64,000 nucleotides of DNA, taken from positions 17,628-81,627 of IMG/VR virus record IMGVR_UViG_3300046780_000484, one strand, 5' to 3'. The position numbers and the translations under genes are program-made. This DNA is from a virus. Positions 18,777 to 27,239 of this stretch are shown here, piece by piece. The notes below the pieces were generated by a model. That model was not told the DNA's origin. It saw nothing but the letters and a program-made list of their open reading frames with translations, and made no database searches. Position 1 is the stretch's first letter, and every line of letters starts with the position of its first letter.

Positions 18777-19938
18777 TTAAAGGCGTAAGGAGCGTCGCGC
18801 TGCCATGCGCGTCAGGAGTTCGTCAATGGCCGGTCCCATGTATTTCTCGGCGACATTGCCGACCTCGTACTGGCTCACCGACTCGCGGAGTTTTACCTGG
18901 TCAACGTCCTGCCGCTGCTCGTACGACTGCTCCAGCGCCGCAACCATTCCTGAAATGGAAGGGCGAATCCACCAGCCCCTGTGGACGCCATTGAAAAACG
19001 GCTCGCCGTCCACCTGGATGCCGTCCGGGTTCAGTTCCTCCATGGACGAGCAGCGGGTCGTGATGACGGGCGTCCCGCACGCTTTTGCTTCAACGATGGG
19101 CAGCCCGAATCCTTCCGCGTACGTCGCCGCCAGCAGCACGTCGCACATCCCGTACCAGTCAGCGAGATCAGCCGGCTGGATCAGCCCCGCGTTGTACCGG
19201 TACTGGTCCACTACCCGAACCCGGTCCGTGATCCCCAGCGACTCCGCCAGGAACTCCAGGTCCTGCCCCCCGTCGCAGTGCACCGCCGTGTGCAGCCACA
19301 GCAGCGAATCCGGCCGCGACCGCAGGAACTTCGCGAACGCGAGCAGCATCTCCGCCGGCGCCTTCCTGATCGCGTCGTTGTTAGCCGCGTTCACGCCGAT
19401 CACGAACGTCTCCGGGCCGAGCCCGGCCGCCTCCCGCAGCGCCGCCCGGTCCTCCGGGATGACCCACGTGTCGAACGGGATGCCGTGCGGCACGTAGAGG
19501 GCGTTGCCGAACCCGGCATCCCGGAACCGGTCCAGCCCGAACCGGGACATCGCTATCAGCGAGGCCCCGCCTGCTTCCACCACGTTCCTGTCCGCCACGG
19601 ACATCGGACGGCAGTCCGCGGGCAGCCAGTGCGCCACCGGGAGTTCCTTGAGCACGCCCGGGTCCATCACCCACACGTCGCCCAGGGTGATCACCAGATC
19701 GGGCTGGATGTGGCGGGAGTGCTGCTGGAGGGACGGGCTGCAGTACGACCCGCCGAAGCCGGGAAGGACCGGGATGCCCTCCCACTGGGTGACGGATCCC
19801 GACAGGCCCCAGTACGTAGCGATGAACACCTCGTGGCCCAATCCGGCAAGGCGCTTTATCCAGATTGCGGTCTGTTGTCCGTAACCGCTTTAAACTGGCG
19901 GACCACGGAGCGCAGCTGCTCCACAAGATCCTCGCCAT
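18777..19938 (-). CDS. GT4-family glycosyltransferase; frame broken by 7 nt insert at 19887-19893
   Basis: MARILWSSCAPWSAS + GYGQQTAIW in different frames; EGFGLPIVEAKACGTPVI GT-B motif. Confidence 0.85.
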
Positions 19939-20045
19939 TAAGCACCACCTCCCCTCGTCAGGGAGACGCGATGCCACGAAATACGGGTCACTCGCCGCCC
20001 CTCTCTAGTGCCACAGAAAATGGCGCATTGTGTTATTATGGATAA

Positions 20046-20837
20046 GTGAAAGAAATCCCCTTGCGTGGTCGCCACGGGCAAGGTCGCGTCATGCTTGTGG
20101 ATGACGAAGACTACGAGCTAATGTCCCGCATTAAATGGCACGCCATCGTCGATAACAACGGCTGCCTGAGCGTTCAGGCACGGATCTCTGCCCACAACTT
20201 CCTTACCGGCTACGCGCTGACCGATCACGCCAACGGGAACCCTCTGGACAACACCCGAGGGAACCTGCGCGATGCCACATCCAGGCAGAACAGCTGGAAC
20301 AGGCGACTCAGGAGCGACTCCCGAACTGGCTATAAAGGCGTCAACTCAAGGCGGGGCGGGCGAGGGTACGTCGCACGGATCCTCGTAGACGGGAAGCGTA
20401 AAACGCTGGGATGGTTTCACGATCCGATCAACGCCGCGAAGGCGTACGACGCGGCAGCCCGTGAAGCCTTCGGGGAGTTCGCCCGGCTTAATTTCCCGGA
20501 TAGCGAAGACCTTCCGGACGCCCGGGAGTCTCGGGTTTCTCGTACGCAGCGCCGCGTCCGGGAGACGATTTCCGGAATGGAGGATCAGCCCAGCGGAAAG
20601 CAGTCCAAGTACTCGGAGGCCAGCTGGAACCGGCCCTACCGCGGGGGAACGCGGGCAGGCTTCAAGGGGGTCAACTGGTCAGGCAGGAGATGGCAGGCTC
20701 GCATCATGAAAGACGGGAAGCGGCACTTCCTCGGCACCTACGACACCGCCGAGGAGGCGGCCCGAGCGTATGACGCCGCCGCTTGCACCCTGTTCGGGGG
20801 TCATGCGCGGTTGAACTTCCCAGGGGAGGCGGCGTGA
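20046..20837 (+). CDS. HNH-AP2-AP2 homing endonuclease, counter-oriented
   Basis: DHANGNPLDNTRGNLR (HNH); two AP2 domains YKGV...LGWF...AAKAYDAAA...FGEFARLNF and FKGV...LGTYDTAEEAARAYD. Confidence 0.92.
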   Translation: MKEIPLRGRHGQGRVMLVDDEDYELMSRIKWHAIVDNNGCLSVQARISAHNFLTGYALTDHANGNPLDNTRGNLRDATSRQNSWNRRLRSDSRTGYKGVNSRRGGRGYVARILVDGKRKTLGWFHDPINAAKAYDAAAREAFGEFARLNFPDSEDLPDARESRVSRTQRRVRETISGMEDQPSGKQSKYSEASWNRPYRGGTRAGFKGVNWSGRRWQARIMKDGKRHFLGTYDTAEEAARAYDAAACTLFGGHARLNFPGEAA

Positions 20838-20851
20838 TCGAGCTAGCCCGC

Positions 20852-21471
20852 TTAGTCGCTGCCGCCCTTGACCTTCGCCAGCGTCTCGACTGCTTCCGCC
20901 TTGGCGGCCTTGATCACCGGCAGCCAGAACAGTTCCTGCCGCCTGAGCCGGCGGACGACCTCCGGAGGCCAGCCCCGCTCGTCGGCCCACCGGTCATACA
21001 TCAGCATCTCCGGAGGGAAATCCTCAGGGAGCTGGAAAGCGGCAGGCTGATCGGGCCGGAGGTTCCGGTCGATGAAGAACTGCGCTAGCCGTCCTGCGAG
21101 CTTTTTGGGTCCTGCGACTCCAGGGCGTCGAGTTCCCTCAGCAGCGCCTTGGCCTTACCCAGCAGGGCCGCGTAGTCCCTGACCTTCATCACCCGAGAGA
21201 TCGCCACGTCAGCCGCCGCCACGCCGTTCTGGCTGGGAATCGGCGCCGGGTACGACCAGGCCGTGATGATGCGCCCCAGGAGGGCATTCGCCTGGTCGTC
21301 CTCCATCTCCTTCGGGGAGTACTCCGTTTCCCCGCCGGGGCCTGACTTGATCTTCACGGCCCGGCGGACGATGAGCAGGTCTTCGCCCATGAGGTCGTCC
21401 AGGTCGGTCAGGTCAACCCAGTTGCTGCTGGTGCCATCGGCTTGCTTCGAGGGCAACTCGAAACGCGGCAT
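20852..21471 (-). CDS. tail assembly chaperone with programmed -1 frameshift (short form 21085-21471)
   Basis: Slippery C CCA AAA at 21109-21103; -1 frame open to TAA at 20852 (FPPEMLMYDRWADERGWPPEVVRRL). Confidence 0.85.
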
Positions 21472-21488
21472 TCGCGCCTGCTTTCCTG

Positions 21489-22877
21489 CTAGATCTCCGA
21501 GAGGTGCCGCGCCGACTGGTACATGTCGAAATCGGACACCAGGGCGTATACGGCTGTATTGTTGACAAGAGTGAGCGTTCCGGGACCAAGGCCCCCAGAC
21601 CCACCCACATCGGTCGAATTCGCCACTGCCTCATATTGATTCCCGAAGCCAATGAGGCTCTTGTTGCGCATGATCTTCGACTTGGTGAAGGCCGCCTGAG
21701 TCATGGTGAACGTCAGCGTGAACGGTGTGCCGGCGTTCGCGATACCCGCGTTCGTCGTGGTGATCGACAGCGGGGCCTGGCTGTTCAGCAGCATCAGGTC
21801 CAGCGGCATTTCCGAGTTGGTCGGGTCGAAGTCGACCTGGCCGTCGGCGGTGAGCGGCCCGCGTCCGATGATGTAGGGGGTCTGGGTGCCGGCGACGATC
21901 CAGTAAACCTGCGTCTGCCGCTTAAAGCTCACTGAAAAGTTCCCGACCCCGGCATAGGTGTTGCTGCTCGAGATGGTGTTGCCGCCGATGACGACCGTGG
22001 AGTTCCAGTTCGGGATCGGCCTGCTGTTCGTGGTCACGTTCGTGACGGCAGTGCCGGCGATGACGGAGAGCCACGAGTCGCCGGAGCACTTCACGCCGAG
22101 GAGCTGCTCGGCGTTGCCGCTGAAGTCGAGGCTCTTGATCACGCTGCTCGGATATAGCCGGGCACCGAACGTGGATGTCGGAACCGTCCCGTACGTGGCG
22201 CTGGTGAACGTGTTGACCAGGTTCGTGGTGTCGCAGAACGTATGGGTAGGCGGCTGCGCCCCGTACGCCCCGCCGTAGCCGAGCGGCGAGTTGAGGGCCG
22301 CGAGCTTGTGGGTGTACGGCGTGCCGCACGTCTGGACCGTGGTGGCGGTCGGGTGGGTGAAGCGCAGCGGATAGGCGGCACCTGCGGCGCTGCTGGCGAA
22401 GGTCACCACGCTGGACGCCGTGGTCGTGCCGACGATAACCACCTCGGCGACCGAGCCGGTGCCGATCTGGATGCTCGCCCCGGCCGTGTAGGAGGCCGGG
22501 GGCACGGCGGACAGGGTGCAGGAGGTGGCGCCGACGGCCAGCGCGCCGGACACGGTAGAAGGGTTCGCCAGCGACGAGCCGGTCGTGCTCAGGTCCCCGA
22601 ACACGTTGTCAAACCAGTACCCCATCGAGTCCAGGAAGTTCGGGGCACCGAAGGAGAACGTTGCCTGCTCGACGCCGAGCGTCTTGTAGAACAGGTCCGT
22701 CATCGACCCGCGGATGGCCTTGTCGTCGAGGAAGTGAGGCATGTCCTCCGGCGAGTAGTCCGCCTGGTCCAGCGGCTGGGTGACCACGGGCACGAGGGGC
22801 GTGCCTGCGGTCAGCTCGCGCGCCATTCCGAGCCACGACAGCACACCGGGATAGACGTTGGGCGTTCCAAGCGCCAT
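21489..22877 (-). CDS. major tail tube protein
   Basis: 462 aa Thr/Ser/Gly-rich; WLGMARELTAGTP, LDDKAIRGSM; immediately upstream of chaperone. Confidence 0.85.
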   Translation of the reverse strand: MALGTPNVYPGVLSWLGMARELTAGTPLVPVVTQPLDQADYSPEDMPHFLDDKAIRGSMTDLFYKTLGVEQATFSFGAPNFLDSMGYWFDNVFGDLSTTGSSLANPSTVSGALAVGATSCTLSAVPPASYTAGASIQIGTGSVAEVVIVGTTTASSVVTFASSAAGAAYPLRFTHPTATTVQTCGTPYTHKLAALNSPLGYGGAYGAQPPTHTFCDTTNLVNTFTSATYGTVPTSTFGARLYPSSVIKSLDFSGNAEQLLGVKCSGDSWLSVIAGTAVTNVTTNSRPIPNWNSTVVIGGNTISSSNTYAGVGNFSVSFKRQTQVYWIVAGTQTPYIIGRGPLTADGQVDFDPTNSEMPLDLMLLNSQAPLSITTTNAGIANAGTPFTLTFTMTQAAFTKSKIMRNKSLIGFGNQYEAVANSTDVGGSGGLGPGTLTLVNNTAVYALVSDFDMYQSARHLSEI

Positions 22878-22967
22878 GGTCAGGCCTCCTTTTCGAACAA
22901 GATTACGAGCGAGACCTGAATGGCCACACGCCTCCCACTAGTCCGGAGATGGAACGGGTCTGGTAAG

Positions 22968-23252
22968 TCAGAACTGCTGAGGGTCGTCCGTCTCCGGGTC
23001 CTCGTCGTGCGCCGGCTCCCCGGCTTCCTGCTCGCCGGGCACGGGTGCGCCGTCCCCCTCGGCCGGCGCACCCTCGCTGCCTGGCGTGACCGGCGTGAAC
23101 CACGGCTCCGGGACGTCAGGGACGGCCCGTCCCGACGCGGGGGCGACGTCGTAGGTTCCCCCTGGTTCGGCGCGCAGGGTCTTCCCGGTGCCGAGGTCCA
23201 GGTAGTCGGTGAAGGTCAGGGCCTCGTGGCCGTTGTATGCGGCGAGGGTCAC
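22968..23252 (-). CDS. hypothetical protein, paralog of the C-part of 28810-29076
   Basis: YLDLGTGKTLRAEPGGTYDVAPASG vs YLDLQAQHTLVAQPGAEYDIMPASG. Confidence 0.65.
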   Translation of the reverse strand: MTLAAYNGHEALTFTDYLDLGTGKTLRAEPGGTYDVAPASGRAVPDVPEPWFTPVTPGSEGAPAEGDGAPVPGEQEAGEPAHDEDPETDDPQQF

Positions 23253-23285
23253 GGGAGCCTCCAGGTCGGGGGAGAATGGACGTCC

Positions 23286-23423
23286 ATGAGCAGCGACGGG
23301 AGACAGCCGGAACGCGGGTGCTGGGGCTTCGAGATCGGGAGCACCGCGAACGGCGTGTGCAACCTGATCTGGCTGGCGGTCCTCGCCGGCGCGGCGATCT
23401 ACGCGATCGTCAGCCTCGCCTGA
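23286..23423 (+). CDS. small membrane protein, counter-oriented
   Basis: GAGAAT upstream of ATG; C-terminal TM LIWLAVLAGAAIYAIVSLA. Confidence 0.55.
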   Translation: MSSDGRQPERGCWGFEIGSTANGVCNLIWLAVLAGAAIYAIVSLA

Positions 23424-23427
23424 AGCG

Positions 23428-23943
23428 TCAGGCCCTGATGAGTTCCCAGCACGTGACCTGCAGCAATGAGTCGTACCGGAGCCACCGTTCGTCCGCCGTC
23501 GCCTCGATGCCAACGCGGTATTTCATGGCCTCGCCGACGTTGTAGACGGTGCTCGTCAGGCCCGTGGCGGGGTCGGTCAGTTCCGCCGGGTTCGGCTGGG
23601 AGTACCGCAGCGCCATCATCACCGTGTCGACGATGCCGGGGAACACGGGGTCGGCCTGGCGTCCCTGGTTGGCGGAGAACCACGTGATGTAGACGTCCAT
23701 CTGGTGGAGCAGGCCCTTGGTGCCGGACGAGGTTCCGGGGCCGGTGTTGCGGGGGATGGTGCCGCCGAGCTCGGTGGACCGGTTCTCCTGGCCGTCGCTG
23801 GGCCAGATGTAGATCGCGGGGACCTTGGCCTTGACGCGGGGGTCCGGGGGGGTGATGAACGCCTCGGCCGCCGGAACGTTGTACGGCATCTCGAGGCCGT
23901 TCAGGATCGAGAGCAGAAAAGATTGGGTGACGACGAGACCCAC
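23428..23943 (-). CDS. tail terminator-like protein
   Basis: PAIYIWP motif, size, and position upstream of major tail protein. Confidence 0.65.
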   Translation of the reverse strand: MGLVVTQSFLLSILNGLEMPYNVPAAEAFITPPDPRVKAKVPAIYIWPSDGQENRSTELGGTIPRNTGPGTSSGTKGLLHQMDVYITWFSANQGRQADPVFPGIVDTVMMALRYSQPNPAELTDPATGLTSTVYNVGEAMKYRVGIEATADERWLRYDSLLQVTCWELIRA

Positions 23944-23961
23944 CGGGGCGCCCCCCTGTCG

Positions 23962-24192
23962 TCAGTCCGTGAGCTCGACTGCGGCGGCGTTCCTCTTGCC
24001 CTTCCGCAGGATCAGGTACTTCCCGTGCAGCAGGTCCGAGCCGAAGACCAGCTCGTCCGGCGGGGTGACCTTCCGGTTGTTCAGGTAGGCCCCGCCTGCC
24101 CTGATGACCCGGTACGCCTCGCCGCGGGAGGAGGTGAGCCCGGTCATCTGGAGGAGCCGGGAGACGGTCATGGGCTCGTCCTGGCCGTCCAC
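23962..24192 (-). CDS. stand-alone S4 RNA-binding domain resembling the TyrRS C-terminal domain
   Basis: GLTSSRGEAYRVIRAGGAYLNNRKV...DLLHGKYLILRKGKRN. Confidence 0.8.
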   Translation of the reverse strand: MDGQDEPMTVSRLLQMTGLTSSRGEAYRVIRAGGAYLNNRKVTPPDELVFGSDLLHGKYLILRKGKRNAAAVELTD

Positions 24193-24196
24193 CGGG

Positions 24197-24367
24197 TCAG
24201 GCCCTGCGCGCGGTCCCGAGCGCGAACCGGTAGGCGTGGGACCGCTGCTTGCACCTCGCCGAGCAGAACCGGTGAGTCCCGGTCTTAGGGGTGAACGTGA
24301 CCCGGCAGCCAGGGTGCGCGCAGGCGACGGGTTCCCTGGCGGGTGCCTGCGGGGCGGTCCGGGTCAT
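24197..24367 (-). CDS. small zinc-finger protein
   Basis: CAHPGC...FCSARCKQR; TGATG coupling to upstream gene. Confidence 0.6.
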   Translation of the reverse strand: MTRTAPQAPAREPVACAHPGCRVTFTPKTGTHRFCSARCKQRSHAYRFALGTARRA

Positions 24368-24927
24368 CAGCCCCCCTTGACGGTCTTCAGCGCCTTCTGG
24401 GGCTTGAACGACCTCAGTTTCTTCGGCCTGGTCTGCGACTTGAACCCGCTGGGGAGCGTGTACTGGCCGGGTGACCGTGCCGTGGTGACCGACGCGGCGG
24501 TCCTGGTGGCGACCCGGCAGTAGAACCGCTGCGCCTTCGCGTGGGACCGGGTGGTCTTCTGCGAGGCGCGTCTCGCCGCGGCGGCTTTCCGCGCGGCCCT
24601 GACCTTGGCGTAGGCGACCGCCGTGGCGTGGGCGCGGGCGCGCTTGCTGGCGATCCGGTGGTGCCGGTTCCGGGCTTTCAGCTGGGCGGCGGACAGTTTC
24701 CGTTTCGTCGTCTTCGCCGGCGCCTTGGAGGACTTCGCTGCCTTGGGCCGGGTCTTGCTCATGGCCCGCGCCTGCCTGTGCGCGTTGGCGGCTGAGGTGG
24801 CCTTGCGGGTGACGTTGGTGGTGGACTGGCGGGCGGCGTTGTGGGCGGCCTTGCGGACCGTGTGGCTGGTCTTGGCGCGGCGGGTGGCGTGGGCCTGGCG
24901 GCGGGTGGTGTGCTTCCCGCACGACAT
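24367..24927 (-). CDS. histone H1-like highly basic protein
   Basis: 186 aa dominated by K/R/A/T, no Asp or Glu in the given translation; GGAGG RBS. Confidence 0.75.
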   Translation of the reverse strand: MSCGKHTTRRQAHATRRAKTSHTVRKAAHNAARQSTTNVTRKATSAANAHRQARAMSKTRPKAAKSSKAPAKTTKRKLSAAQLKARNRHHRIASKRARAHATAVAYAKVRAARKAAAARRASQKTTRSHAKAQRFYCRVATRTAASVTTARSPGQYTLPSGFKSQTRPKKLRSFKPQKALKTVKGG

Positions 24928-24950
24928 TGCGCGCCTCCCGTTTCCGCAGG

Positions 24951-25948
24951 TCAGACGGTACGGCGGAAAGCATGCAAAAGAAGCTCACCCTCAGCGATCA
25001 GGTCCTCTGCGCCCTTGTCGCTGGACTGCGCCGCGCCGCCTACCGCGTGGATTGTCGTGGACGTCGCGCCCCGCGTGAGGGCCTCGGCGGTGCAGAAGTA
25101 GATGCACGCCTGCTGCACCGAGGACGGCATCGTCGTGACCACCGTCCCCGCCTGATGCGGGTAGGTGATCGCCTGCGAAAGGGTGAGGTTCCCCGGCCCG
25201 GAAGCAGCCGAGGTGGCGGTGACGTGGATGGATTCCTGCTGGCCGCCGTCCTGGATCACCCCGGTAGCCCCGGTGACCGTGCCGTAGTAGTTCGTGATCC
25301 CCCACCCGGTGCAGTCGTTCACCGGCAGCGACGTCGCTCCCGCCGCGACAGCGGAGGTGAGGGAGCAGTGCGGGTACCCGTTGATGTAGGTGACCTCGGC
25401 CGCCCACCCGTTCCGGCCGAGGGACCAGTTGATGTACCCGCCGCCCACGAGGATCGCCTGGCCGCCCTCGGCCGACCCGCCCGAGGAGACCGTGTTGAGC
25501 AGGCTAAGGGGGGGCACTTCGGGCTCGAAGAACCCGGACGGCAAGGACGTCCACGTGCGGGGCCACATCCCGTTCGGGCAGGTCTTCACCCCGGTCACCT
25601 GGAGTACCGGCCACCTGGACAGGATGATGCGGGCGTTCTGCGCCCCGGTGTTCCCCCAGTACGGCGTCGGCCAGGACCCGCCCGAGGCGGGGCCGACCGT
25701 CACCCGGTAGTCGGGGCCGTGGACCAGTTCGACGTCGATCGTGGCGCGGAGAGTCTGGGCGACGTAGCCGTCCGTACGGGCCGTGGCCCTTGCTGCCATG
25801 CTCCAGATTTCAGCCATATTCTGCGCTGGTGTCGGATCTGCGGTGGGTTCGCCTATCGTGCTCCAGTCGATGCTAAACCGGTCGGGGCCGTAATCAAGGT
25901 GGTCGGACTGATGTATGGAGCCAGACCAAGAGGAAGCGGCGTCGACAC
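24951..25948 (-). CDS. head-to-tail adaptor; frame broken by 5 nt insert at ~25872-25876
   Basis: GAGGTGA RBS + GTG gives MSTPLPLGLAPYISPTTLITAPTG, continuing as IDWSTIGEP in another frame; EVTYINGYPH, MPSSVQQAC, LLHAFRR adaptor-like motifs. Confidence 0.75.
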
Positions 25949-25965
25949 AAGGCATCACCTCGCCT

Positions 25966-26160
25966 TCATGCAGGTGATGCCTTGCGGCTGGGTTTACGAG
26001 CACACTTGGAGCAGATCCACTCGCCGTCGACCATGCTGATGTGCCGGTCGCAGCACCCTTCAAGGCAGACGGAGCACTGGGCGACCGGGGCGGACACGCG
26101 GGCGGCACGGCCGCGCTTGGGTCCCCCGCAGCGGGGGCAGAGTCCGGCCGCCCTGCTCAC
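25966..26160 (-). CDS. small Cys-rich zinc-binding protein
   Basis: CPRC, CSVC, CCDRH, CSKC; GGAG RBS. Confidence 0.6.
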   Translation of the reverse strand: MSRAAGLCPRCGGPKRGRAARVSAPVAQCSVCLEGCCDRHISMVDGEWICSKCARKPSRKASPA

Positions 26161-26167
26161 ATACTCC

Positions 26168-26824
26168 CTACGCGGCCTGGAGGCGCTGGATGAGCACGTC
26201 CTTGCTGCCCCTGTCGGGGAGCTTCGCCTCGCGGCACATCTTCCGCAGCGTCTGCGGGTGCAGGCGGCCCAGGTCCACGGCGGGCCCGGCGGCAGGCGCT
26301 TCGACGGCTGCGCGGGCGGCCATGGTGACGCCGCACTGCGGGCAGAACGCGCTCCCGGAAGGGACATCGTGGCTGTTGGCGCACACCACGGTCCCCTGCA
26401 GCACGCCCGCGGGAAGTTCCCGCTCGAGCAGCCACAGCGCCTCGGGCGGCACCTCGATGCCGGTGGAGCGGAGGGCGGCGAGGGCCTGGAGCATCTCGAT
26501 CTGCATCCGGCCCCGCTCGGACCGGACGGCGTTCGTGCGCGTCTCGTCCGGGGTGAGGGGCACCGTGTCCGGGGTGCTCGACCACATGGGGTCGGCGTCC
26601 GCGATGCGCTCCTGGTGGGTCACCTGGCCGGTCTTCGGGTTGGTCTGGTACCTGAGGATCTTCGGCTTCCGGTCGCCCCGGAGGTAAGCCTCGCAGGGCG
26701 GGCAGTCGATCTTGAAGATCTTCGCCGGGACGCCTCGGGTCACCTCGCGCTGATGCGAAGCTCCGCAGCCGTCCGGCTGGGGTATTGCGATCGAGCACAC
26801 GTCCGATCGCGAATAGAGGGTCAT
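26168..26824 (-). CDS. zinc-ribbon protein with C-terminal SAP-like domain
   Basis: CANSH...FCPQCG; LHPQTLRKMCREAKLPDRGSKDVLIQRL. Confidence 0.7.
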   Translation of the reverse strand: MTLYSRSDVCSIAIPQPDGCGASHQREVTRGVPAKIFKIDCPPCEAYLRGDRKPKILRYQTNPKTGQVTHQERIADADPMWSSTPDTVPLTPDETRTNAVRSERGRMQIEMLQALAALRSTGIEVPPEALWLLERELPAGVLQGTVVCANSHDVPSGSAFCPQCGVTMAARAAVEAPAAGPAVDLGRLHPQTLRKMCREAKLPDRGSKDVLIQRLQAA

Positions 26825-26851
26825 GGGTTTCCTTCCTGGGATGATGCTCGG

Positions 26852-27202
26852 ATGAGCGAGCCTGATGAGGTCACCGCGCTAAGCGGCGAGATCGTGAAGC
26901 GCCCGGCCGAGGTGGCCACCACCCCGTCAGCGGCGGACACGCGGTACGAGGACGATGAGGTCGTGACCCGCGTGTTCGTCCGGGTCGAGTACGCCGGCGG
27001 CCGGATCCGCGAGTACCAGGCGCAGGAGCCGCAGGACTTCAAGATCAACAACCCGGAGTCCGCGCCGTCGATGGTGTTCAGCCGGGCAATGTCTGCGACG
27101 CGGGAGGTCCGGCTGAGCTTCAGGCCCAACCCGAGGTGGAACCTGCACATCCGCACCGAGGCGACGGCACCGGAAGACTTCCCCGGCATCACCTACGGCT
27201 GA
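26852..27202 (+). CDS. hypothetical protein, counter-oriented
   Basis: MSEPDEVTALSGEIV...; GC3-biased; -10-like GATGAT 6 nt before ATG. Confidence 0.6.
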   Translation: MSEPDEVTALSGEIVKRPAEVATTPSAADTRYEDDEVVTRVFVRVEYAGGRIREYQAQEPQDFKINNPESAPSMVFSRAMSATREVRLSFRPNPRWNLHIRTEATAPEDFPGITYG

Positions 27203-27239
27203 TACGGCCATTCGGGCAGAGCCCTGGACGGTCTCCGCG

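Noticed and set aside
19887-19893. U UUA AAG as a -1 slippery site, or the insert as a micro group I intron
   Set aside because: The -1 frame stops quickly; no 7 nt excision both follows a U and ends in G, and there is no ribozyme core
21103-21109. Tail chaperone frameshift as a novelty
   Set aside because: Standard feature of long-tailed phages; listed as a feature only
23436-23443. Other CTGATGAG occurrences (also ~26862, ~61750)
   Set aside because: Within coding sequence and lacking hammerhead stems and GAAA arrangement
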